Of a stretch of 52,838 nucleotides of DNA, positions 45,382 to 52,838 are shown piece after piece. The position numbers and the translations under genes are program-made. Position 1 is the stretch's first letter. Each line of letters starts with the position of its first letter. Source of the stretch: an uncultured Mycoplasmatota bacterium (lineage in GTDB: Bacteria; Bacillota_I; Bacilli_A; RF39; UBA660); NCBI GenBank assembly GCA_947642475.1, contig CANRSQ010000003.1:1-52838 (forward strand), in the 5' to 3' direction. Under the pieces are notes generated by a model, which worked only from the letters and a program-made list of their open reading frames with translations, did no database searches and was not told where the DNA came from.

Positions 45382-45410
45382 AAAAAATACTAGTTTTGCT
45401 AGTATTTTTA
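45382..45410. terminator. Bidirectional terminator between convergent genes
   Basis: AAAATACTAG-ttttg-CTAGTATTTT with flanking A/T runs. Confidence 0.8.
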
Positions 45411-46130
45411 ATTATCAATTAATTGTAAATATGTATCTACTGCATATTTTGTTATATTACTTCTATTGATAATACCAACCATTTTACCATTTTCCATTAC
45501 TGGGGCTTTTTTAAGGTGTTTATCATTTAATATGCTGCAGACATCTTCAACACTTGTATTAATATCAATTGTAATAATTTTTTTATTAGCAACATCTTTT
45601 GCTTTATTTTTCATTAAATTATCTAACTTTTCATCAAAATTATTCTCTTGATTTATTGCAGCAAATGAATATGCATTTACAAATAATGGATGTGATTTTG
45701 ATAAGTATCTCATAATATCACCATCACTTATGAAACCTGTTAATTTACCTTTTTTATCGACGACTGGAACTCCACTGATTTTTTTATCAGAAATTGTTTT
45801 TAATACGGTTAATAAGTCATCTGTATCTTTAACTGTAAAGACATCTTTTTTCATTATAGTACTTAAAGTAATGTGTTTTTCTGGTTGGACAGTTTTTTCA
45901 TAACGCTTAACTGATAATGAAATTATAAATCCAATAATTGAAATGATAGCGGCTACTAAAAGTGTAACTAGGAAGGCTATATGTAGTCCTTCTACTTCTG
46001 AGGCGCCACTTGCGATACTAAGGCCTATCATTAATGAATACACTCCTGTGAATAATGATGAACCAGCACATCCAGCGACTTGGAAGCCTGTACTCATCAT
46101 GGTTACGCCGTGCGGATTTTGCTTTTTCAT
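45408..46130 (-). CDS. Two-TM + CBS-pair protein, start uncertain, possibly a 5'-truncated remnant
   Basis: CBS motifs ISGVPVVDKKGKLTGFISDGDIMRY and KKAPVMENGKMVGIINRSNITKY. No convincing RBS before the TTG at 46163 or the ATG at 46130. Confidence 0.5.
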   Translation of the reverse strand: MKKQNPHGVTMMSTGFQVAGCAGSSLFTGVYSLMIGLSIASGASEVEGLHIAFLVTLLVAAIISIIGFIISLSVKRYEKTVQPEKHITLSTIMKKDVFTVKDTDDLLTVLKTISDKKISGVPVVDKKGKLTGFISDGDIMRYLSKSHPLFVNAYSFAAINQENNFDEKLDNLMKNKAKDVANKKIITIDINTSVEDVCSILNDKHLKKAPVMENGKMVGIINRSNITKYAVDTYLQLIDN

Positions 46131-46218
46131 ATATTTCTGTATAATCTTTATTTTTATAATCAAGTGTTCCCCAATAATTAAATTTATTGAAATAGTCTTC
46201 GAATGAGTTTTTTATTTC

Positions 46219-46326
46219 TTAATTAAGGTTTAGATAGTTATGTTTTATGTTGTAGAAAATTTCTTCTTCACTTAAGTTTTCTAGGAGATTGGTTAGTTTT
46301 GTAAAATCTTTATCTATATAATTCAT
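46219..46326 (-). CDS. Small ORF (35 aa) with strong RBS
   Basis: AAGAAGGAGGAAAATG then MNYIDKDFTKLTNLLENLSEEEIFYNIKHNYLNLN, TAA. Below the track's size cut-off. The frame stays open after the single stop. Confidence 0.35.
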   Translation of the reverse strand: MNYIDKDFTKLTNLLENLSEEEIFYNIKHNYLNLN

Positions 46327-46430
46327 TTTCCTCCTTCTTTTTAGTTTATGTTTCTGGGAAGAAAAAAACTAATATTTTTATCTACTAATAAGTAAGATTC
46401 TCCAAAGACTTACAAATTTTTTAAAAGTGT

Positions 46431-46460
46431 AAAGAAAAAAGAATAGATTTTGTCTATTCT
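46431..46460 (-). terminator. Rho-independent terminator of the alaS-like gene
   Basis: AGAATAGA-loop-TCTATTCT followed by TTTTTTCTTT on the minus strand. It includes the stop codon. Confidence 0.8.
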
Positions 46461-48211
46461 AAAATGGCTTTTATTCTTCTAACTCCTGCACTACTTGCTT
46501 CTTCTTTTTTGATTTTGAAGTGTCCAAGTTCTTTGGTGTTTTTTACATGTGGTCCGCCACAAAGTTCTTTTGAGATATTACCTATGGAATATACTGTTAC
46601 TTCATCTGGATATTTTTCAATAAACATGCATTCAGCACCTGAGTTTAAGGCTTCTTCTTTACTCATTATTTCATTTGTTACTTCTAGGCCTTCTTCTATC
46701 CATTTGTTTACTAGGTCTTCTGTTTGTTGTTTTTCTTCATCTGTTAGTTTATGATCACATGAAAAGTCAAAACGCATTCTTTCGGCGGTTATATTACTTC
46801 CCATTTGGTGTACATCTTTATTTACTACTTCTTTTAAAGCGGCATTTAGTAAGTGAGTTGCGGTGTGGTATTTTGTTTCGATTATTCCATCGCTTGCTAG
46901 ACCGCCTTTAAATTTACCGGCAGATGCGGTTCTTGATTTTTCTTGATGTTCTTTGAATTTTTGTTTAAATCCTTCAATATCTACTTTAAGGTTTTGTTCT
47001 TGTGCGAGTTCTTCTGTTAATTCTATTGGGAAACCATAGGTGTCATATAATTTGAAGGCTAAATTTTTATTTATGGTATCTTCTTTTAGATTGTTTGTTA
47101 TTTTTTCAAATTCTCTTAGTCCTTTTTCTAGGGTTCTATTAAATTTAGTTTTTTCGGTTTGTAATACTTCTAAAATTGTGTCTTTATTGCGTTCTAATTC
47201 ATTGTAATAGTTTTTATATTTATCTATTATCATTAGTGCAATTTCTTTATCCCAATTTGTATTTATATCGATGTCTAATTTTTTGGCGTATCTAATTGTT
47301 CTTCTTATTAGTCTTCTTAGGATATATCCTTGGTCAGTATTTGATGGCTTTATTTTGGCGTCATCACCGCTTATCATAACAATTGCTCTTATGTGATCAG
47401 CGATTATTCTCATTGCTTTTGTATAGTTTTCATCATTATAACTTTTTCCAGTAAGTTTTTCTATTTTATTTATTACATCTATCCAAATTGATGTTTTATA
47501 GTTATCGTCTTTACCTTCTAGAACGGCTGTAATTCTTTCTACTCCCATTCCTGTATCGACGTTCTTTTGTGAAAGTTCGGTTATGGTTCCGTCTTCATGC
47601 ATGTAGTATTGCATAAATACGTTATTCCATATTTCTACCCATCTATCATCTTCTGGATCATGTTTTTGGGGGATAGGATCTTCACTTCTCCAATAGAATA
47701 TTTCGGTGTCTGGTCCGCAAGGTCCACTAGTCCCCGCAATCCAGAAGTTATCATCTTTACCTAAATAACTGATTCTTTCTTCTTTTATTCCTAAGCTTTT
47801 CCAAATGTTTGCTGATTCTTCATCTCTTGGAATATTCCCTTCTCCTTCGAATACGGTTACTGCTAATCTTTCTACTGGTATACCAAATCCTTTGGTTAAT
47901 AGTTCAAAACTCCAATTGATTGATTCTTTTTTGAAATAATCTCCTAATGACCAATTACCTAGCATTTCAAAGAAAGTATGATGAGTTGTATCTCCTATTT
48001 CTTCTAAGTCGTTGGTTCTGAAACATTTTTGAACGTCTACTAGTTTTGTTCCTTCAGGATGTGGTTGACCTAATAGATAAGGTACTAGTGGTTGCATACC
48101 TGCGGTTGTGAATAAACTTGTTGGATCGTTTTCAGGAATTACTCCGGCACTGGGAATATGTTTATGATCTTTATTTTCAAAAAAATTTATATATGTATCT
48201 TTTATGTTCAT
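46454..48211 (-). CDS. alaS: Alanine--tRNA ligase, minimal 585-aa form (no beta-barrel, no C-Ala domain)
   Basis: N-terminus NDPTSLFTTAGMQP, HHTFFEMLGNWSLGDYFK, SGPCGPDTEIFY, DTGMGVERI. Editing motifs HTATH (449-453) and CGGPH (551-555). Ends 30 aa later. Confidence 0.85.
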   Translation of the reverse strand: MNIKDTYINFFENKDHKHIPSAGVIPENDPTSLFTTAGMQPLVPYLLGQPHPEGTKLVDVQKCFRTNDLEEIGDTTHHTFFEMLGNWSLGDYFKKESINWSFELLTKGFGIPVERLAVTVFEGEGNIPRDEESANIWKSLGIKEERISYLGKDDNFWIAGTSGPCGPDTEIFYWRSEDPIPQKHDPEDDRWVEIWNNVFMQYYMHEDGTITELSQKNVDTGMGVERITAVLEGKDDNYKTSIWIDVINKIEKLTGKSYNDENYTKAMRIIADHIRAIVMISGDDAKIKPSNTDQGYILRRLIRRTIRYAKKLDIDINTNWDKEIALMIIDKYKNYYNELERNKDTILEVLQTEKTKFNRTLEKGLREFEKITNNLKEDTINKNLAFKLYDTYGFPIELTEELAQEQNLKVDIEGFKQKFKEHQEKSRTASAGKFKGGLASDGIIETKYHTATHLLNAALKEVVNKDVHQMGSNITAERMRFDFSCDHKLTDEEKQQTEDLVNKWIEEGLEVTNEIMSKEEALNSGAECMFIEKYPDEVTVYSIGNISKELCGGPHVKNTKELGHFKIKKEEASSAGVRRIKAILE

Positions 48212-48753
48212 GATTCCACCTCTTCTATCATTTTGTGTACTTTGTCTTCTAAGTCTTTTAAGTCGCCATTATTTGTAATTAAGTAGTCATAGTTTTCGTA
48301 GTTTTCTAAGGCGTGTTCGGTTATGTGCATTTTTTGTCTTTCGGTTAATTTATTTTCATAGTTTGGTCTTTCCATTTTTATAATTGTGACGTTTTTGAAT
48401 TTGTTTTTTGGAATATCTAGTTCGTCTGGAAATCTGGCACCGGATATTATTATAACATCAAAAAAATATTTGTAAACCATTATATCTTCGCATATACGGT
48501 TTATGAAAAATTCTTTATTGATTTGATTTCTAACAATATCGGTTCCAATGATTTGTAATAATTCTCTTGGTTTGGTTTCATCTTTGCCATCCCAATTGGT
48601 TATTTTTTGGGCATAGTTTTTTATGTAATCGGCGTAGCCTAGGTTAACTACTAATTTATTTTGTTTTTCATAGTAGTCTTTTATTATCTTTAGGGTTTCA
48701 TCTTTTCCTGTTCTGGCTTGTCCTGCGATTAAAAATATTTTTGTTTCTTTCAT
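48208..48753 (-). CDS. P-loop kinase resembling phage T4 gp1 deoxynucleoside monophosphate kinase
   Basis: GQARTGKDE, LLQIIGTDIVRN, ISGARFPDELD and HITEHAL...LITNNGDLKDLE parallel T4 gp1 blocks (GVKRSGKD, ALGTDLIVN, PDTRQDHEMD, HITEAGL...VITNDGSLEEL; from memory). The stop overlaps the alaS ATG (ATGA). Confidence 0.6.
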   Translation of the reverse strand: MKETKIFLIAGQARTGKDETLKIIKDYYEKQNKLVVNLGYADYIKNYAQKITNWDGKDETKPRELLQIIGTDIVRNQINKEFFINRICEDIMVYKYFFDVIIISGARFPDELDIPKNKFKNVTIIKMERPNYENKLTERQKMHITEHALENYENYDYLITNNGDLKDLEDKVHKMIEEVES

Positions 48754-48780
48754 ATTTATCTCCTTATAAAAAGATACCAC

Positions 48781-48935
48781 GTTTTCTAGGAACGAAAAGC
48801 CGTGGTACCATCCTAATTAGTCTTAATTAATATAACGGTTTTACCCGGATGTGTTTGCACATCACTCAAAAGGAGCTTTCGGTTAATTTGTTTTACTAGT
48901 TTCCACCATACACTAGCTCTCTATGAAAACTTGAT
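48781..48935 (-). promoter_or_regulatory. T-box riboswitch, probable Ala specifier (GCU)
   Basis: RNA sense: AGAGAG, CTAGT-GTATGGTGGAA-ACTAG, specifier region CCGAAAGCUCC (GCU = 48874..48876), T-box AGGATGGTACCACGG (UGGU pairs with an A73 discriminator), terminator followed by TTTTT before the AAGGAG RBS. Confidence 0.8.
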
Positions 48936-48939
48936 TAAC

Positions 48940-50148
48940 TTACTTTTCTTTTTTTACGTTTTTATTTATTTTTTTGACTGAAATTTTTGTATCTTCGACT
49001 TCTAACAATTCGGGCTGCCTGTCTATAATGTTATATTTACGGTCGAAGAATTGGAATATTGTTTTTCCAACTGCAATACATGGAGTTGAAATAATCATTC
49101 CTAGCATTCCGAAGAAATAGCCAAATACTAATAGTCCTAACATAATTGTTACTGGATGTAACTTTGTTGTTTTTGACATAATAAATGGTTGTAGGAAGTT
49201 TCCTTCTAAGAATTGTATTACGATAATTACAATTAAGGTTAGAATACCTACGGTTGGGCTTTGAGTAAATCCAACGATTACGGCTGGAGCGCCTCCAATA
49301 TATGGTCCTGCGTAAGGAATTAAATTTGTAAGTCCACAGAAGAATCCGAATAATGCGGGTGCTTTTAAGCCTACTAGCCATAGGCCGATTGATGTTAATA
49401 TAAATACGGCTGAACAATCGATAATTGCGCCTTGAACATATTTTCTAAGTGAATTATTAACGTCGTTAATTAAGTCCATACTTGTTTCTCTGAATTTTTT
49501 TGGTAAAAAGTTAATAAGCGCGGTTTTTGAAGTTGAGCTTACTAGTAGGAAGAATCCAATGATTAGTCCTAGTACTAGTGTTCCCATACCAGAGAAGAAG
49601 CCTGATATAAAGTTAAATAGTCCTGCTGGTAATTCTTTTGTGACACCGGCAGCTGTTTGATTGAATTTTTCAAAGAATTCATCTTTAATAGCCTCGGCAT
49701 CAATATTTTGAATGTTCTTTAGATGGTCAAACATATTTAAGCACCATGCTTTAATGGATTCAAATACGTCTGGGGCTATTTTAGCGAATTCGGTTATTTG
49801 ATCTGCAAGTAATGGAATTAAAGCGGCTAAAACTAGAAATACTATTAAGAAAAGTATTAGGTATGTTATGATTGCTCCAAAGGTTCTTTTGATTCCTTTT
49901 GTTTGCATCCATTTTACAAATGGGTCAAATAGCCAAGCTATTAATATTCCTATAAATAGTGGTGCGACTATTTTAACTATTGTCCATATAAAGTGTAATA
50001 TATTTGTTTCTTTAAATAGTAAAATAATTAAGTATAGACCTAAAGCTAGCAGTAAAAAGTATGTAGCATTTAATACTTTAGATGCGCGGTCGGCTACTTC
50101 GTTTATTTTTTGTTTATCAATTTCTGTGGCAGTTTTTTTTCTAAACAT
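48940..50148 (-). CDS. AI-2E family transporter (PerM/YubA-like)
   Basis: About 8 TM segments with typical layout and the PLFIGILIAWLFDPFVKWM region. The RBS overlaps the frr 3' end, so it is co-transcribed with frr. Confidence 0.8.
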   Translation of the reverse strand: MFRKKTATEIDKQKINEVADRASKVLNATYFLLLALGLYLIILLFKETNILHFIWTIVKIVAPLFIGILIAWLFDPFVKWMQTKGIKRTFGAIITYLILFLIVFLVLAALIPLLADQITEFAKIAPDVFESIKAWCLNMFDHLKNIQNIDAEAIKDEFFEKFNQTAAGVTKELPAGLFNFISGFFSGMGTLVLGLIIGFFLLVSSTSKTALINFLPKKFRETSMDLINDVNNSLRKYVQGAIIDCSAVFILTSIGLWLVGLKAPALFGFFCGLTNLIPYAGPYIGGAPAVIVGFTQSPTVGILTLIVIIVIQFLEGNFLQPFIMSKTTKLHPVTIMLGLLVFGYFFGMLGMIISTPCIAVGKTIFQFFDRKYNIIDRQPELLEVEDTKISVKKINKNVKKEK

Positions 50149-50161
50149 TTTTCCACTTCCT

Positions 50162-50707
50162 TTATACTTGTAAAAGCTCTTCTTCTTTTTCTTTTAATAA
50201 TGCATCTACTTTTTTATTATAGCTATTGATTAAATCTTGAACATCTTCTTGCATGCCTTTTTTGTCATCTTCTGTTGCTTCTTCTAATTTTTTGATATCG
50301 TTATTGGCATCTTGTCTAACGTTACGTAAGTTTACTTTACAATCTTCAGCGATTTGTTTTACTTGTTTTACGTATTCTCTTCTTGTTTCTTCTGTAAGTG
50401 CGGGAATGTTTAAAATAATGCTTTCTCCGTTATTGTTTGGAGTTAATCCAATATTAGCTTCAAATATTGCTTTTTCAATGGCTCCGATAGCGCTTTTATC
50501 AAATGGTTTAATCATAAGTTGTCTAGCTTCTGGGATTGAAATAGTTGCTAACTGTTTTAATGGGGTATCTGTTCCATAATATGATACCATAACGGCATCT
50601 AAAATTGCGGGATTAGCTCTCCCTGCTCTTACGTTTGTAAATCTTTTTTTCATAGCTTCGATAGCTTCATTCATTTTGTTTTCTGTTTCTAATAAAATAT
50701 CTTCCAT
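50162..50707 (-). CDS. frr: Ribosome recycling factor
   Basis: 181 aa, FTNVRAGRANPAILDAVMVSYYGTDTPLKQLATISIPEARQLMIKPFD. Confidence 0.95.
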   Translation of the reverse strand: MEDILLETENKMNEAIEAMKKRFTNVRAGRANPAILDAVMVSYYGTDTPLKQLATISIPEARQLMIKPFDKSAIGAIEKAIFEANIGLTPNNNGESIILNIPALTEETRREYVKQVKQIAEDCKVNLRNVRQDANNDIKKLEEATEDDKKGMQEDVQDLINSYNKKVDALLKEKEEELLQV

Positions 50708-50731
50708 TTTTTTCTTCCTTTCTTTGTTACT

Positions 50732-50760
50732 ATTATAATATATATATGGTTTTGTCGCAA
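50732..50760 (-). promoter_or_regulatory. Promoter of frr
   Basis: TTGCGA - 17 nt - TATAAT (minus strand). Confidence 0.55.
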
Positions 50761-50805
50761 GTATGAATGATAAGTTTTACTTTATTTTTACACCTTCTAA
50801 TAGAA

Positions 50806-50829
50806 AAGAAGTGATGTTTATCACTTCTT
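50806..50829 (-). terminator. Hairpin after the lipoprotein gene (weak T-run)
   Basis: AAGAAGTGAT-loop-ATCACTTCTT, 10-bp stem, followed by TTCTATT only. Confidence 0.5.
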
Positions 50830-51931
50830 AAATGTCTTTGTTATGTGTTTCTTCTATATCTAATACTTCTACGTTTTCTTCTGGAATATTATTTTCTGTT
50901 ATTGTTTCTTTGGTAGTTGTATTTGGTTCTGGTGTTGTTTCTGTTATATTGGTTACTGTACCTGAAATATTCATAGAATTTGGTTGTGATGGCATATTTT
51001 CTATATCTGCTGGTTTTACACTATTTAATTGTTCTACTACGGAAATTGTTTCTAAAGGTTTATTCTTTTTTCCCTTTATTTTTTTTATAATTAGAATAAT
51101 TATTATGATTATTAATAGTGCGCCTATTCCAACAGCAATATAAATATTTGTCATATTATATAATTCAAATTCGAATTCAATGTTTTTGCCTTCATTGTCT
51201 AATAAATCCCAAGTTAATGTTTGACCATGATTATCTACTTTGGTTGCATTATTGTTTATTGCTTTATATGGTAAATTAACAGTGAAATTCATTTGCATTC
51301 CAGATGCAGCGAGTTGTTCTAAATTTATATCTTGTGAGAATGATTCGTCGATTGATTCATCGGCTGTATTTTCGTCTATTGTTATATTTTCATCTATAGA
51401 TTCATCAATTATATTTCCGTCTATTGTTGTATTTTCGTTTTCTGTATAATTTTCTTCGGTATTAGTTTCGTCAGTATTTTCTTCATTATTAGTCACGGCT
51501 TGATCGGTTATTGTATTTGCATCTGATGATTTTAAGATTGCAGAATAGGTGTTTTTAAATAATCCTTTTTTTACTGTGAATAAGTATTCATTTTCTTTTT
51601 TGTTATCTGAATTTACTGATAGGTCTCCTACTACTTTATCTTCAGTACTGATAGTATCGATATTATTTACTTGTTTGGTGAATTTATAACCACGCATACT
51701 ATCGTCTTCATATTTTTCGACTTTGAAGCCTTCTTTTTTGATTTGTTCAAGTTCGCTTTCATCGGCGGTATCTCCATCTGATTGTTCTAATAATTCTTTG
51801 TTGGCTGCTTCTATTATTGATAAATTCATGCTTTTATCTTTATTGATATCCATTCCTATTTCCATTTTTACGCAGCCTGTGGTCATTAGAATTAGTGCCA
51901 TTACGCATAAGATTTTAAAACCGTTTTTCAT
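50828..51931 (-). CDS. Lipoprotein with D/E/N-rich repeats and C-terminal TM (LppM/DUF3153-like layout)
   Basis: Lipobox LMTTGC, acidic low-complexity middle, TM IAVGIGALLIIIIIILII. The family call is tentative. Confidence 0.6.
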   Translation of the reverse strand: MKNGFKILCVMALILMTTGCVKMEIGMDINKDKSMNLSIIEAANKELLEQSDGDTADESELEQIKKEGFKVEKYEDDSMRGYKFTKQVNNIDTISTEDKVVGDLSVNSDNKKENEYLFTVKKGLFKNTYSAILKSSDANTITDQAVTNNEENTDETNTEENYTENENTTIDGNIIDESIDENITIDENTADESIDESFSQDINLEQLAASGMQMNFTVNLPYKAINNNATKVDNHGQTLTWDLLDNEGKNIEFEFELYNMTNIYIAVGIGALLIIIIIILIIKKIKGKKNKPLETISVVEQLNSVKPADIENMPSQPNSMNISGTVTNITETTPEPNTTTKETITENNIPEENVEVLDIEETHNKDI

Positions 51932-52015
51932 TTTATTACATACTCCTCTCTATTGTTAAGCATACTAGATATATTGTTTGTTGTCAATTATAATTTTTTT
52001 ATTAATGTAAAGAAA

Positions 52016-52039
52016 AAATCTAGTTTTTACACTGGATTT
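52016..52039 (-). terminator. Imperfect hairpin + T-run after the last gene
   Basis: AAATCCAGT-loop-ACTAGATTT (one mismatch) followed by TTTCTTT on the minus strand. Confidence 0.45.
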
Positions 52040-52838
52040 TATGAAACTATCTTATATGGATTTGTTTCTGTTCCCTCACCGTTTAAAGTTATATCTGATG
52101 TGAGAAATGCAGCCGGGCGCACGCCGTATGAATAACTTACATTATTGAGGCTTAGCCTACCTGCACTAATGACGGTCCAAGCACCGAAAGAAGATGAATT
52201 AGAATGAGGCAACATTGTCCACCAATCAGCGGAATAAAACATAAAGTTTTCTTTCTTGCATGGATATGAACTTTGATATCCGGCATAAACGTTAGTACAC
52301 GAAGCATCGGTACTGGCTCTTACATAATCAGTGGCATTTGGAAGTCCGACTTTACCTTTCCAAGTGTATGTTTTTTCTTGTGAAATATCGGTAGATAATG
52401 TTTGACCATCTGTATAGGCCAAAATTCCTACATTAAAACTATGAGTAGTTATTTTACTTTTTGTATTTTCACTTAAACTAGCATAATATGTATTATTTAA
52501 ATATGTATTTAGATAAGCTTCTTTTTCTGGCAAATTATATGTAGTTGAATTGCCTACTACTCTTGGCATTTTAGTTATACTATTTCCATTTGAATCTAAC
52601 ATTGTTGTTTTGCTTCCCCAGACATTACAACCAAAGTATGATGTGGTTGAACCATTGTAGTAACAATAATCTGTACTTGTAGATGACCATCTTGTTCCTG
52701 TCATAGAATTTGCATTTGTTATACCAGTTATATTTGTTTCATAGCCTGGATCATAAGGTAAACTGCCGATACTATCTTGTTTCATTATTTTAAGTGTATT
52801 ATCTGGTTCAATAGATATAATACGCCATAGGTCATTAT
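52039..52838 (-). CDS. DUF6273-like secreted/surface protein (5'-partial, runs off window end)
   Basis: The frame stays open upstream of the track's Met (NDLWRIISIEPDNTLKIMKQD...). The C-terminal WWTMLPHSNSS...VSYSYGVRPAAFL block is typical of DUF6273 (from memory). Confidence 0.55.
   Translation of the reverse strand, partial: NDLWRIISIEPDNTLKIMKQDSIGSLPYDPGYETNITGITNANSMTGTRWSSTSTDYCYYNGSTTSYFGCNVWGSKTTMLDSNGNSITKMPRVVGNSTTYNLPEKEAYLNTYLNNTYYASLSENTKSKITTHSFNVGILAYTDGQTLSTDISQEKTYTWKGKVGLPNATDYVRASTDASCTNVYAGYQSSYPCKKENFMFYSADWWTMLPHSNSSSFGAWTVISAGRLSLNNVSYSYGVRPAAFLTSDITLNGEGTETNPYKIVS

Noticed and set aside
48871-48880. An alternative reading of the second T-box specifier as AGC (Ser), because the loop reads GAA-AGC-U.
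   Set aside because: The downstream gene is AlaRS, and the T-box UGGU bulge fits an A73 discriminator (tRNA-Ala) rather than G73 (tRNA-Ser). The ambiguity is flagged in the finding.
49037-49417. 126-aa same-strand alternative-frame ORF inside the AI-2E transporter gene.
   Set aside because: It is an R/N/Y-rich out-of-frame translation with no independent start signals.
51240-51480. Repetitive-looking DNA (gattcatc / tctattgtt motifs) that might be a tandem repeat array.
   Set aside because: It is the coding sequence of the D/E/N/I/T-rich low-complexity region of the lipoprotein (IDESIDENITIDENTADESIDES). There is no fixed repeat unit.
1-52838. CRISPR arrays, IS elements/transposases, integrases, rRNA and prophage structural genes.
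   Set aside because: None were recognised on either strand by eye. Regularly spaced direct repeats are absent. An exhaustive computational repeat search was not possible.

Overview
A 52.8-kb chromosomal segment from a very AT-rich Bacillota (Firmicutes) genome. It is probably a spore-forming Erysipelotrichia/Clostridia-like lineage, inferred from a cse60 homologue, a LysM-GH18 spore-type hydrolase, T-box leaders and GGAGG/GGTGAT ribosome-binding sites. I support about 50 CDSs (mostly minus strand), two single tRNA genes (Gly-GCC, Cys-GCA), two T-box riboswitches (Phe, Ala) and many clear rho-independent terminators. The housekeeping backbone is gltX, pheST, alr, clpC, yqeG-yqeH, frr, an LCP-PASTA protein, a PBP5-type carboxypeptidase, an M23 peptidase, MOP flippases and a TIGR01212 radical SAM. 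I saw no CRISPR array, IS element, integrase or rRNA. The most interesting signal is not a classical operon. Four unrelated phage/defence-island-type genes (RhuM, ORF6N, YhcG/DUF1016 nuclease, Bro-N/DinD-like) are inserted singly between housekeeping units. Each carries a perfect inverted repeat (arms 12, 13, 16 and 8 bp; spacers 1-3 nt) inside its own CDS, 200-280 nt after the start codon. Three of them also share pieces of a common upstream sequence: a 48-nt module with a 24/24 identical block, and a 17-nt identical leader. Other notable items:
- A T-box(Ala)-controlled operon that translationally couples a T4 gp1-like dNMP kinase to a minimal 585-aa AlaRS lacking the beta-barrel and C-Ala domains.
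- An orphan HerA/DUF87 ATPase.
- A MazF/PemK-like domain fused to a repeat region behind a palindromic operator.
- A stand-alone gene of the phage thymidine-hypermodification family.
- An alr / ATP-grasp / AsnB cluster.
All family calls come from motif recognition by eye. No BLAST/HMM search and no exhaustive repeat search was run.
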